Below are positions 1-9,796 of a stretch of 64,000 nucleotides of DNA, piece by piece. Origin of the DNA: Obrimoposthia wandeli (lineage: Eukaryota); NCBI GenBank assembly GCA_977020255.1, contig CDROCS010000506.1:930001-994000 (forward strand). The letters run 5' to 3'. How positions within the stretch are numbered: position 1 is the first letter of the stretch; each line of letters opens with the position of its first letter. Under the pieces are notes generated by a model, which was not told the DNA's origin, made no database searches, and worked only from the letters and a program-made list of their open reading frames with translations. The position numbers were made by a program, and so were the translations under genes.

Positions 1-63
1 TCTTTGTAAAGTTTATTCGTTCCAGTGCAGAACCAACAAACTTGCTCTTTCAAGCTTTAATCA

Positions 64-137
64 TGGAGGCGGGTCCCGAAGTCGAATCGAGGTCCACGGA
101 TTTGCAATCCGCTGCATAGCCACTCTGCCAACCCGCC
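64..137 (-). tRNA. tRNA-Cys(GCA), copy 3 in transcription order
   Basis: Reverse complement GGCGGGTTGGCAGAGTGGCTATGCAGCGGATTGCAAATCCGTGGACCTCGATTCGACTTCGGGACCCGCCTCCA; 74 nt, GCA anticodon, CCA end. Confidence 0.97.
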
Positions 138-224
138 ATATACTGCGATGACAAATTAATTGTTAACACAGAGCGCTAATTTTACATCTTAGCCAGATAT
201 ACTATTGCTAGTATTAGTAATAAT

Positions 225-310
225 TGGTGCCCGAGGCCGGAATTGAACCGGCACGCCTATTAAGCGAGGGATTTTAAATCCCTTGTGTCTACCGATTTCA
301 CCACTCGGGC
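225..310 (-). tRNA. tRNA-Leu(UAA)
   Basis: Reverse complement GCCCGAGTGGTGAAATCGGTAGACAC...GATTTAAAATCC...GGTTCAATTCCGGCCTCGGGCACCA; 86 nt, long variable arm, TAA anticodon. Confidence 0.97.
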
Positions 311-380
311 ACTGAATTCTTTGTAAAGTTTACTCGTTCCAGTGCAGAACCAACAAACTTGCTCTTTCAAGCTTTAATCA

Positions 381-454
381 TGGAGGCGGGTCCCGAAGTC
401 GAATCGAGGTCCACGGATTTGCAATCCGCTGCATAGCCACTCTGCCAACCCGCC
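381..454 (-). tRNA. tRNA-Cys(GCA)
   Basis: Identical to 64..137. Confidence 0.97.
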
Positions 455-542
455 ATATCCTGCCATCACAACTTTCGTTGCTAATACAGGTTGCTAATTT
501 TACATCTTAGCGAGATATACTATTGCTAGTATTAGTAATAAT

Positions 543-628
543 TGGTGCCCGAGGCCGGAATTGAACCGGCACGCCTATTAAGCGAGGGATTTTAAATCCC
601 TTGTGTCTACCGATTTCACCACTCGGGC
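543..628 (-). tRNA. tRNA-Leu(UAA)
   Basis: Identical to 225..310. Confidence 0.97.
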
Positions 629-698
629 ACTGAATTCTTTGTAAAGTTTATCCGTTCCAGTGCAGAACCAACAAACTTGCTCTTTCAAGCTTTAATCA

Positions 699-772
699 TG
701 GAGGCGGGTCCCGAAGTCGAATCGAGGTCCACGGATTTGCAATCCGCTGCATAGCCACTCTGCCAACCCGCC
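699..772 (-). tRNA. tRNA-Cys(GCA)
   Basis: Identical to 64..137. Confidence 0.97.
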
Positions 773-824
773 AAATTTTATTTCTACATCTATATATTTA
801 ACGTTATATCTAACAAAAAGAAAT

Positions 825-910
825 TGGTGCCCGAGGCCGGAATTGAACCGGCACGCCTATTAAGCGAGGGATTTTAAATCCCTTGTGTCTACCGATTTCA
901 CCACTCGGGC
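825..910 (-). tRNA. tRNA-Leu(UAA), first gene of the operon
   Basis: Identical to 225..310; follows the stable-RNA promoter. Confidence 0.97.
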
Positions 911-978
911 ACAGAATTCTTTTTACATAAGATCTAAGCTGTTTTAATTAAACTGCTTTAGCCCCTATGTGCTGACGC

Positions 979-1006
979 ATTCTACAGACCTAAAAAGCAG
1001 AGTCAA
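979..1006 (-). promoter_or_regulatory. Sigma70 stable-RNA promoter of the tRNA array
   Basis: Minus strand TTGACT (1006-1001), 16 bp spacer, TAGAAT (984-979), then GC-rich discriminator GCGTCAGC. Confidence 0.8.
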
Positions 1007-1138
1007 CATCCTTTTAATCCCATTGATTAAAACGTTTACGTTTCGACCTAAACAGTTTGTTTTTTAGCTAAAAGGGATTAAATATCACCGTAATAACGAG
1101 ACCTTATCAAAATAGCATCTCGTTATTAAAAATGAAAT

Positions 1139-1717
1139 TTAGTCTTCGCTAGTTAACTCGCCCCATGCCGCTGCAAAGTACTGCACCATAGAAATAACCG
1201 TTAATACCATCGCGGCATAAAAAACGAGATAAGCAAGGTAAACCATCCAAGGGCCTTGTTGCCAAATGAAGCCACCGAGTGCCATCATTTGCAAACTGGT
1301 TTTCCACTTACCGGCATTACCAACCGCAACGTCAGCGCGCTTACCAAGATCAGCCATCCATTCACGTAAACCTGAAATAGCTAATTCGCGACCAATCATA
1401 ATCAGAGTTGGGATCATGATCCATAATGCGCTGTGCTCACCAACAGTGGCAACGATACGGTCGTGATCACCAGCAACCATGACTAACGCCGTGATCACCA
1501 TGATTTTATCTGCAACAGGATCGAGGAATGCGCCAAGCTTACTTGATACATCCCAACGTCTTGCTAAATAACCATCAAGGTAATCGGTTACGCCAGCAAT
1601 AAAGAAGATCCAAGCGGCAATATAAAACGAATTTTCAATTGGTAAATAAAACGCGAGAACAAAAAAAGGAATTAAAATCACGCGAAACAAAGTTAAAATA
1701 TTGGGTATGTTTTTCAT
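1139..1717 (-). CDS. pgsA: CDP-diacylglycerol--glycerol-3-phosphate 3-phosphatidyltransferase
   Basis: NIPNILTLFR, TDYLDGYLAR, GAFLDPVADK motifs; uvrC-pgsA-tRNA synteny. Start at 1717 (alternative 1726). Confidence 0.96.
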   Translation of the reverse strand: MKNIPNILTLFRVILIPFFVLAFYLPIENSFYIAAWIFFIAGVTDYLDGYLARRWDVSSKLGAFLDPVADKIMVITALVMVAGDHDRIVATVGEHSALWIMIPTLIMIGRELAISGLREWMADLGKRADVAVGNAGKWKTSLQMMALGGFIWQQGPWMVYLAYLVFYAAMVLTVISMVQYFAAAWGELTSED

Positions 1718-1766
1718 TATTCTCATGCTTTTTAAATTAAATCCCCTATATAGTCCTATATCTTGC

Positions 1767-3620
1767 TTATTGATGCAACGAATCATAAATTTTTTCTGCC
1801 AAATCAATACTGATACCTGGTACTTTTGCAATTTCTTCACGACTTGCGCGACCTAATTGCTGTAATCCACCCATAAACTGCAATAATACTTGGCGACGTT
1901 TAGGACCAACCCCTGGAATGCCTTCCAAAGAACTCGTCCGTTTCACTTTATTACGACGAGCCCGATGCCCGGTAATGGCAAAGCGGTGAGACTCATCACG
2001 AATATGTTGAACCAGATGCAATGCTGGCGAATCACTGGGTAAATAAAACTCAATATCCGCCACACCATCCAGCGCCCCAGATAAGATTAATGTCTCTAAT
2101 CCGGCTTTACGGGTAACGCCTTTCGCGATACCAATTATTTTAGGTCGTTTAACGGCAAAGTTATCCGCGTACTCAGTAAGTACCTGCTCCGCCTGGGTCA
2201 TCTGCCCCTTACCGCCATCAATAAATAAAATATCTGGTATTTTATCTACTTCAATGGCCTTTTTAAAACGTCGCTCTAATACTTGTGCCATCGCTGCGTA
2301 ATCATCGCCCCCGGTAATACCACTGATATTATAGAGTCGATAATCACTTTTATTCGCACCTTCACGATTGAATACAACACAAGAAGCCACGGTTTGTTCA
2401 CCGCCGGTATGACTGATATCAAAACATTCCATACGTTGTATCTTACCGTCAAAACTCAATACTTGTTCTAACGCTTTAAACCGATTAAGCACCGTACTCT
2501 TAGTCGCTAACTTAGTTGTTAAAGCCGTTTCAGCATTAGTAAGCGCTAACCTTAAAAACTTAGAACGATCACCACGCTTGGGGTTAGTCAGCTTTATTTT
2601 ACGTCCAGCGAGTTGACTTAAACTTGCTTCAATTAATTCATGTTCTTCAGGTAGTTCAGTGAGCAGTACTTCCTTTGGTATCGCTTGCTGCGTTTCTTTA
2701 TTCAGATAGTATTGCAATAAAAAAGCTTGAATCACTTCGTTAATATCGGTGTTAGCAGGTACTGTAGGAAAATAACTGCGACTGCCAAAGACTTTACCTG
2801 AACGTACAAAGAGTAAATGCACACAGGCAATACCGTTTTTAAAGGCAAAACCAATCACATCCATCTCACCTAAATCAGACGTAACGTATTGCTGTTCTTG
2901 AATGGTTCTTAGTGCTTGGATCTGGTCGCGATAACGGGCAGCGGCTTCAAAATCTAACTGTTGACTAGCCTGCTCCATCTTCATCACTAATTCATTAATG
3001 ACATCGGTATTTTTACCTTTCAAAAATAACGCCGCTAATGCTACCTGCTGGTTATATTCTTCAGGCTTGTCCATTTTTACGCAAGGTCCTAAACAACGCT
3101 TGAGCTGGAATTGTAAACACGGTCGAGAGCGATTTTGATAATAGCTATCTTCACACTGACGCACCGGAAATAGTTTTTGCATTAAATGCAGACTTTCTCG
3201 CACCGCGCTACCACTGGGATAAGGCCCAAAATATTGTCCTTTACGCTTATTCCGCGTGCGGATAGACATTAACTGTGGATGTTTGTGATCGGTGAGCAGA
3301 ATGTAAGGGTAAGACTTATCATCTCGCAGAGACACGTTATAGCGCGGTTGATAACGCTTAATATAGGTATGCTCAAGTACCAAAGCTTCTGTTTCAGAGT
3401 GCGTTACCGTGACATCGATATTAGCAATATGCGTCACCAGTACGCGGGTTTTTTCACGATCAACGGTTTTGCGAAAGTAACTAGTTAAACGTTTGTGTAA
3501 GTCTTTGGCTTTACCGACATAAATAACCACATCTTTATGATCATACATACGATAAACACCGGGCTGGTGTGAGACGGTTTTTAAGAAGTCTTGATAATTG
3601 AATTGGTCTTTAGCAGGCAT
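1767..3620 (-). CDS. uvrC: Excinuclease ABC subunit C
   Basis: GIY-YIG (PGVYRM...IYVGKAKDL), [16 protein letters not shown]-terminal Hh[11 protein letters not shown]. Start trimmed to ATG 3620. Confidence 0.97.
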   Translation of the reverse strand: MPAKDQFNYQDFLKTVSHQPGVYRMYDHKDVVIYVGKAKDLHKRLTSYFRKTVDREKTRVLVTHIANIDVTVTHSETEALVLEHTYIKRYQPRYNVSLRDDKSYPYILLTDHKHPQLMSIRTRNKRKGQYFGPYPSGSAVRESLHLMQKLFPVRQCEDSYYQNRSRPCLQFQLKRCLGPCVKMDKPEEYNQQVALAALFLKGKNTDVINELVMKMEQASQQLDFEAAARYRDQIQALRTIQEQQYVTSDLGEMDVIGFAFKNGIACVHLLFVRSGKVFGSRSYFPTVPANTDINEVIQAFLLQYYLNKETQQAIPKEVLLTELPEEHELIEASLSQLAGRKIKLTNPKRGDRSKFLRLALTNAETALTTKLATKSTVLNRFKALEQVLSFDGKIQRMECFDISHTGGEQTVASCVVFNREGANKSDYRLYNISGITGGDDYAAMAQVLERRFKKAIEVDKIPDILFIDGGKGQMTQAEQVLTEYADNFAVKRPKIIGIAKGVTRKAGLETLILSGALDGVADIEFYLPSDSPALHLVQHIRDESHRFAITGHRARRNKVKRTSSLEGIPGVGPKRRQVLLQFMGGLQQLGRASREEIAKVPGISIDLAEKIYDSLHQ

Positions 3621-3648
3621 AAAATAAAAGACGCCCGAAGGCATCTTT
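3621..3648 (-). terminator. Terminator-like hairpin between uvrY and uvrC
   Basis: Minus strand AAAGATGCC-TTCG-GGCGTCTTT-TATTTT directly before the uvrC ATG. Confidence 0.6.
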
Positions 3649-3679
3649 CTCAATTAAAATTAAGTAAAGGAATACTTAA

Positions 3680-4324
3680 TTATAGTGTGTCAGCATCTAA
3701 GATACCGTGGCGGATCGCCAAGTGAGTCAATTCGACGTCACCATTAATGTTAAGCTTGCTGAATAAGCGATAGCGATAAGCATTAACAGTCTTAGAGTTA
3801 AGGTGTAGTTGCTCTGCAATATCAACTACTTTTTGTCCTTTCGTGATCATCATCATGATTTGTAACTCACGTTCAGACAAACTTTGAAAAGGGTTCTCAT
3901 CAGCAGACGAAAATTGGCTCAATGCCATTTGTTGTGCAATCTCAGGGGCGATATAACGCTGCCCACTGTGCACTTTACGAATTGCGCCTAATACCTCTTC
4001 AGGTGCTGCACTTTTAGTTAGATAACCAGCACCACCCGCTTGCATTACTTTGCTTGGGAAAGGTTCTTCCGTGTGTATCGTTAATACGATAATTTTAATA
4101 TCAGGGTTATTTCGTAAAATCTTACGTGTCGCTTCTAATCCGCCAATACCTGGCATGTTCATGTCCATCAAGATTACATCAGGTTGATTGTCTCGACAAA
4201 ATTGAACGGCATCCTCTCCGCATGAAACTTCACCCACGACTTTAATACCACGTACATCTTCAAGAATTCGGCGAATTCCGGTACGGACTAATTCGTGATC
4301 ATCGACAAGGAATACATTAATCAA
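3680..4324 (-). CDS. uvrY: UvrY/GacA/VarA response regulator (214 aa)
   Basis: INVFLVDDHELVRTGIRRIL receiver domain, LuxR HTH LSERELQIM; TTG start with GGAG RBS; adjacent to uvrC. Confidence 0.96.
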   Translation of the reverse strand: MINVFLVDDHELVRTGIRRILEDVRGIKVVGEVSCGEDAVQFCRDNQPDVILMDMNMPGIGGLEATRKILRNNPDIKIIVLTIHTEEPFPSKVMQAGGAGYLTKSAAPEEVLGAIRKVHSGQRYIAPEIAQQMALSQFSSADENPFQSLSERELQIMMMITKGQKVVDIAEQLHLNSKTVNAYRYRLFSKLNINGDVELTHLAIRHGILDADTL

Positions 4325-4690
4325 AAGAATATCTCCGCATACACATACAATTTCTAAAGAGCATAATACATTAGATAGCAAAAATAAGTTGTTATTTCTG
4401 CTATTTCGCTAACTATAAAAGCGAATATATTTATACTAAATAATAATATGCCATTATATATCAATAATTTAATAACTTAATGACTTTAAAGCTAAAGTGC
4501 GGTGTAGTTGGCAAAATTAAAAATAGTTACTAAGAACTGCTATATTTTAGGCTCTAAAGAATAATTTTATAAAACAATATATATAATTTATTGCAAGTAA
4601 TACAACAGCTTATTAATTAGACATCATTGCTTTATATTTGCCGTTAAAAATATGTTACATTTGCCTATAGTTTACGAAAAGGACAAATCC

Positions 4691-4852
4691 ATGGAAAAAT
4701 CACAACCAAAAGTAATAGATAAACCCTACCCACCGGCAGATGATGATTGTTGTGGCGGCGGCGCTTGCTGCCCGTGTGTTTGGGACCACTATTATGCACA
4801 ACGTAAATTATGGAATGCACAACGTGCAGCATTGCTTGAAGAAGCTGAATAA
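4691..4852 (+). CDS. Small Cys-rich oxidoreductase-like-domain protein
   Basis: PxPP..DDCCGGGACCPCVWDHY motif; AAGGA RBS before ATG 4691. Confidence 0.7.
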   Translation: MEKSQPKVIDKPYPPADDDCCGGGACCPCVWDHYYAQRKLWNAQRAALLEEAE

Positions 4853-4885
4853 ACCAAGATTTGGCATTAGCTAAACGCTAGATGC

Positions 4886-4918
4886 AAAAAAGGCGCTACC
4901 TTTTCAGATAGCGCCTTT
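4886..4918 (-). terminator. Intrinsic terminator of tRNA-Ser copy
   Basis: Minus strand AGGCGCTATC-TGAAAA-GGTAGCGCCT-TTTTT. Confidence 0.85.
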
Positions 4919-4929
4919 CTCTATATAGA

Positions 4930-5020
4930 TGGCGGAGGAGGAGAGATTTGAACTCTCGAGGAGCTATTAACCCCTGCTGGTTTTCAAGACCAGTGCATTC
5001 GGCCACTCTGCCACCCCTCC
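4930..5020 (-). tRNA. tRNA-Ser(UGA)
   Basis: Reverse complement GGAGGGGTGGCAGAGTGGCCGAATGCACTGGTCTTGAAAACCAG...TTCAAATCTCTCCTCCTCCGCCA; 91 nt. Confidence 0.97.
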
Positions 5021-5034
5021 GCAGCAATGAGCGT

Positions 5035-5063
5035 ATAATAGAGAGATGCAGGCCAGTTGTAAA
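5035..5063 (-). promoter_or_regulatory. Promoter of tRNA-Ser 4930..5020
   Basis: Minus strand TTTACA-17bp-TATTAT followed by ACGC discriminator. Confidence 0.7.
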
Positions 5064-5365
5064 GTGAATATCCAAAATCAAAAAACATCGCACAAAATCA
5101 AACCAACTTGATCAACTTCCTAGCGACACCATAAAATAGTGGCTTAAAAACACCTCATTCGAGAGGCCTATCAATAAAATCGCGCCAGCTATCAACTACA
5201 CTAAATAATAATACTGAAATACGACTGAAATAGATGATAGGAATACTACGATGGTCTCAAGAGAGAAAATTGGATAAAGTATTGAGATCTAATAAAAGGC
5301 TAAATAAGATTTTAGAATAAGACATAGAAAGACGAACAGTCTGGAAAATATGAAATGCTAGATGC

Positions 5366-5398
5366 AAAAAAGGCGCTACCTTTGCAGATAGCGCCTTT
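5366..5398 (-). terminator. Intrinsic terminator of tRNA-Ser copy
   Basis: Same hairpin as 4886..4918 with one loop difference. Confidence 0.85.
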
Positions 5399-5409
5399 CT
5401 CTATATAGA

Positions 5410-5500
5410 TGGCGGAGGAGGAGAGATTTGAACTCTCGAGGAGCTATTAACCCCTGCTGGTTTTCAAGACCAGTGCATTCGGCCACTCTGCCACCCCTCC
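5410..5500 (-). tRNA. tRNA-Ser(UGA)
   Basis: Identical to 4930..5020, 480 bp away. Confidence 0.97.
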
Positions 5501-5514
5501 GCAGCAATGAGCGT

Positions 5515-5543
5515 ATAATAGAGATGTAATGGTAGTTTGTAAA
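5515..5543 (-). promoter_or_regulatory. Promoter of tRNA-Ser 5410..5500
   Basis: Minus strand TTTACA-17bp-TATTAT. Confidence 0.7.
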
Positions 5544-5701
5544 TATCAACACGCAAAAATTTAACTAGAAACACGAGAAGCGTTTACTTCTCACTCGTTT
5601 CGCACTGTAATACAACGATGCGACACAGTGGTAGGCAGTAATAGACAGTAACAAAGCCCATTTAGAAACATAACACAGGTATTTATCATTAAAGGTGCGA
5701 C

Positions 5702-6313
5702 ATGGATAAACAAGCAGTCAAAGTAACAATCTATCGCTGGGCTGGCGATTGGGGACCCTTTCATATCAATATCCCTTGTGGCGAATGCGCGCTCACTAAA
5801 GATATTGTCTTAGATACCTTACAAAACGAATTAGACGGTATTGCAGTCGAGTTAGAAATCAAAGATTGGCTAAATGAATGGTGGCAGCCGCTGTTGAAAG
5901 GTGGTTGGCATGCCCCGATTGTCATGGTGGCAGGTAAGGTTATCAGTCAAGGCCGCGCATTAAACCGTGGGATATTAACCCAAGCAGTCATCGAAGCACA
6001 TTCTCAACAAGTCCCCATCACTGGTCAGCATATTTTTGGTAAGCAAAATTGCCCCCATTGCCAGCGAGCAAAAACATACTTACAAGATGCGAATATTGAC
6101 TATCTTTATCATGATGTTATCACCAGCCCTCGAGCACTGTATGAAATGATCTCGAGAGTAAAGCCGTTAATAGATCCAAAGCAACCGGTGACCGTACCGC
6201 AAATATGGATAGAAGGTCATTATGTTGGTGGCGCAGATGAGTTAAGTCGTATCGTCAAACACAAAGTCGAGGCGAATACAGAGCGTGGGCAATGCTCACT
6301 GTCCGAGAAATAA
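5702..6313 (+). CDS. Tandem thioredoxin-fold/glutaredoxin domain protein
   Basis: N-terminal CGEC and C-terminal Grx CPHC...TVPQIWI...GGAD; AAGG RBS. Confidence 0.85.
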   Translation: MDKQAVKVTIYRWAGDWGPFHINIPCGECALTKDIVLDTLQNELDGIAVELEIKDWLNEWWQPLLKGGWHAPIVMVAGKVISQGRALNRGILTQAVIEAHSQQVPITGQHIFGKQNCPHCQRAKTYLQDANIDYLYHDVITSPRALYEMISRVKPLIDPKQPVTVPQIWIEGHYVGGADELSRIVKHKVEANTERGQCSLSEK

Positions 6314-6349
6314 TGAGGGTATGAGCAGTAATTTATAAAGCTGAAATGC

Positions 6350-6383
6350 AAAAAAGGCGCTATCTTTTCAGATAGCGCCTTTC
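6350..6383 (-). terminator. Intrinsic terminator of tRNA-Ser copy
   Basis: AGGCGCTATC hairpin plus U tract. Confidence 0.85.
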
Positions 6384-6393
6384 TCTATATAGA

Positions 6394-6484
6394 TGGCGGA
6401 GGAGGAGAGATTTGAACTCTCGAGGAGCTATTAACCCCTGCTGGTTTTCAAGACCAGTGCATTCGGCCACTCTGCCACCCCTCC
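6394..6484 (-). tRNA. tRNA-Ser(UGA)
   Basis: Identical to the other two; divergent from yccA, the usual position of this tRNA; own TATTAT -10. Confidence 0.97.
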
Positions 6485-6676
6485 GCAGCAATGGAGCGTA
6501 TAATACAGAGTTTAAAAAAAAGATAAAGTGTTTTACAAAATTAATCACATTTTTAAGTAAAAAGGCTTGTTTTTAACTTATTTGGCTATAAATTAACTAC
6601 ATCGTCATAATATGTCGGAACTTTAGGGTATACTGATACTCTAACTAGCAGTGTTAATTATTAAGGAAAAGACACA

Positions 6677-7339
6677 ATGCAACAACGTACTATTCAGACT
6701 CAGTCGCAAGCAAGCGTACTCGCGACGAACAAGGTACTTCGAAATACCTATATGTTATTAGCGATGACACTCGCATTTTCAGCGATAGTTGCTGCTGCAG
6801 TAGTGACTCTAAACTTACCTGCTCCAGGCTTTATCATTACCCTTGTTGGTGTGTACGGTTTAATGTACTTAACCGAAAAGAACCGTAACAACTCAATGGG
6901 GATTTTATTTGTATTCCTATTCACTGGTTTCTTAGGCTATACAGTTGGCCCATTAATTAATCGATATATCGGTGCCGGTATGGGTGACATTGTTGTAATG
7001 GCATTTGCTGGTACAGCATTTACTTTCTTTGCTCTGTCTGCATACGTGCTAACAACTAAGAAGGATATGTCTTTTCTTAATGGCATGATGATGGCTGGTT
7101 TTGTAGTGCTTGTCGTTGCTATGATTGGTAATATCTTCTTACAAATCCCAGCGCTTAGCCTTGCAATCAGTGCAATGTTTATTCTGTTTTCATCTGCTGC
7201 AATCTTGATGCAAACAAGTTCAATCATTCATGGTGGTGAAACAAGCTACATCTCAGCGACTGTAACTATCTTCCTATCATTGTATAATATCTTTGTAAGC
7301 TTATTACAAATTCTAGGTGTTATGAATAGCGATGACTAA
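6677..7339 (+). CDS. yccA: Bax inhibitor-1/YccA family membrane protein (FtsH modulator)
   Basis: NKVLRNTYMLL start, about 7 TM segments, ATVTIFLSLYNIF; tRNA-Ser/yccA/tusE synteny. Confidence 0.93.
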   Translation: MQQRTIQTQSQASVLATNKVLRNTYMLLAMTLAFSAIVAAAVVTLNLPAPGFIITLVGVYGLMYLTEKNRNNSMGILFVFLFTGFLGYTVGPLINRYIGAGMGDIVVMAFAGTAFTFFALSAYVLTTKKDMSFLNGMMMAGFVVLVVAMIGNIFLQIPALSLAISAMFILFSSAAILMQTSSIIHGGETSYISATVTIFLSLYNIFVSLLQILGVMNSDD

Positions 7340-7368
7340 TGACAGTTAAACAGTCATTATAAATAGTG

Positions 7369-7396
7369 AAAAGCCTCGTCTGACGAGGCTTTTTTA
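7369..7396 (+). terminator. yccA terminator
   Basis: AAAAGCCTCGTC-T-GACGAGGCTTTTTT. Confidence 0.8.
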
Positions 7397-7423
7397 TTTT
7401 CCCCTTACGATTAGTGTAACCCT

Positions 7424-7753
7424 ATGTTAATTATCAACGAACAAGAAATCGCTACCGACAAGCAAGGTTATTTACTTAATTCGAGTGATTGGAGTGAAGC
7501 ACTGGCCGCTTTAATTGCAGAACAAGAAAGTATTGAGATGAGCACTGCTCACTGGGAAGTGGTATTGTTTGTACGTAACTTTTACCTTGAGTACAACACC
7601 TCCCCTGCGATCAGAGCCTTAGTTAAAGCAATGGCGAAAAAGCTCGGTGCAGATAAAGGTAACAGCATTTACCTATATAAGCTGTTTCCAAAAGGCCCAG
7701 CCAAGCAAGCCACTAAAATAGCCGGCTTACCTAAACCAGCTAAATGCCTATAA
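7424..7753 (+). CDS. tusE: TusE/DsrC sulfur relay protein
   Basis: [23 protein letters not shown] with C-terminal Cys. Confidence 0.95.
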   Translation: MLIINEQEIATDKQGYLLNSSDWSEALAALIAEQESIEMSTAHWEVVLFVRNFYLEYNTSPAIRALVKAMAKKLGADKGNSIYLYKLFPKGPAKQATKIAGLPKPAKCL

Positions 7754-7860
7754 ATAACCTCTTTAAAGAGTGTCTGTAATCTGTCAATGTATCTATAAAT
7801 AGACCTGTAAACTGAGCGATAAGAAACGCCTTTGATCAGCTCACTAATAAATACAGACAC

Positions 7861-7905
7861 AAAAAAGCCCCGTTTAGTTATCGTCATAACTAAACGGGGC
7901 TTTTT
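7861..7905. terminator. Bidirectional terminator between tusE and serS
   Basis: AAAAAAGCCCCGTTTAGTTA...TAACTAAACGGGGCTTTTT. Confidence 0.85.
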
Positions 7906-7946
7906 ATTTGTTACTCGGTCTAATAGACCATCTGTAGCAGGCTAGA

Positions 7947-9236
<1,290 letters not shown>

Positions 9237-9378
9237 TTACCTACTCTGCTTGTTTAATTTAAACCTAAAAGCACATTACTGGCTCTCAGATAGAAATATC
9301 TGTTGGTATTGTTTATACGTATTACTTTAACGTTATTTTACACTTTCATCACGGTATTTATACTTAAAATAGCTGTCT

Positions 9379-9762
9379 TTAGTCGTTAAATACTAAGCGC
9401 ATACCTAAATACACAACAAAAATACACACGAACACGTTTAAGGATACATTTAGCCCAGCTTTTAGCCACTGACCATTTTGTAATAACAATAATGAATCCA
9501 GCGAAAATGTTGAAAATGTCGTCAATGCGCCGAGGAAACCCAGACCTATCAGTTGGCGCCAAGGTTGACTCGCTATAATGTTTTCATCAAGTAAGGCAAA
9601 TAATATTCCCATTAAGAATGACCCGAGGATATTGACGACTAACGTGCCGTAAGGAAATCCATCACCGAGTACTGTCGTGGTAATTTGGGAAATAAATGTG
9701 CGTAAGACAGCTCCGACTGCGCCACCAAGTGCCACAAAACTGTATAATGCTAAATGATTCAT
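9379..9762 (-). CDS. crcB: Fluoride channel Fluc/CrcB
   Basis: GGAVGAVLR, FPYGTLVVN, GFLGALTTFSTFS. Confidence 0.95.
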   Translation of the reverse strand: MNHLALYSFVALGGAVGAVLRTFISQITTTVLGDGFPYGTLVVNILGSFLMGILFALLDENIIASQPWRQLIGLGFLGALTTFSTFSLDSLLLLQNGQWLKAGLNVSLNVFVCIFVVYLGMRLVFND

Positions 9763-9796
9763 TGATAATACCCGTTACTTTATAGTTGCTAAGCCG

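Larger units (their letters stand above)
1..772 (-). repeat. Tandem repeat of a 317-318 bp Cys-spacer-Leu-spacer unit, continuing off the left edge
   Basis: Cys starts at 64/381/699 and Leu starts at 225/543. Spacers are near-identical (e.g. ttccagtgcagaaccaacaaacttgctctttcaagctttaatca three times). Confidence 0.95.

Noticed and set aside
1-910. Periodic repeats resembling a CRISPR array
   Set aside because: The repeats are full tRNA genes with CCA ends and near-identical spacers; no cas genes are present.
1718-1840. Long N-terminal extensions in the ORF track (pgsA; likewise uvrY, lrp, LysR, MocR, PPTase, grxA)
   Set aside because: They overlap neighbouring genes or lack an RBS; homolog-like starts lie downstream.
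4896-5093. 65-aa ORF (and its twin 6360..6548)
   Set aside because: Both read through tRNA-Ser and its terminator; the similarity between them is just the tRNA duplication.
9763-9796. Fluoride riboswitch upstream of crcB
   Set aside because: Only about 34 nt separate rarA and crcB, with no recognisable aptamer.
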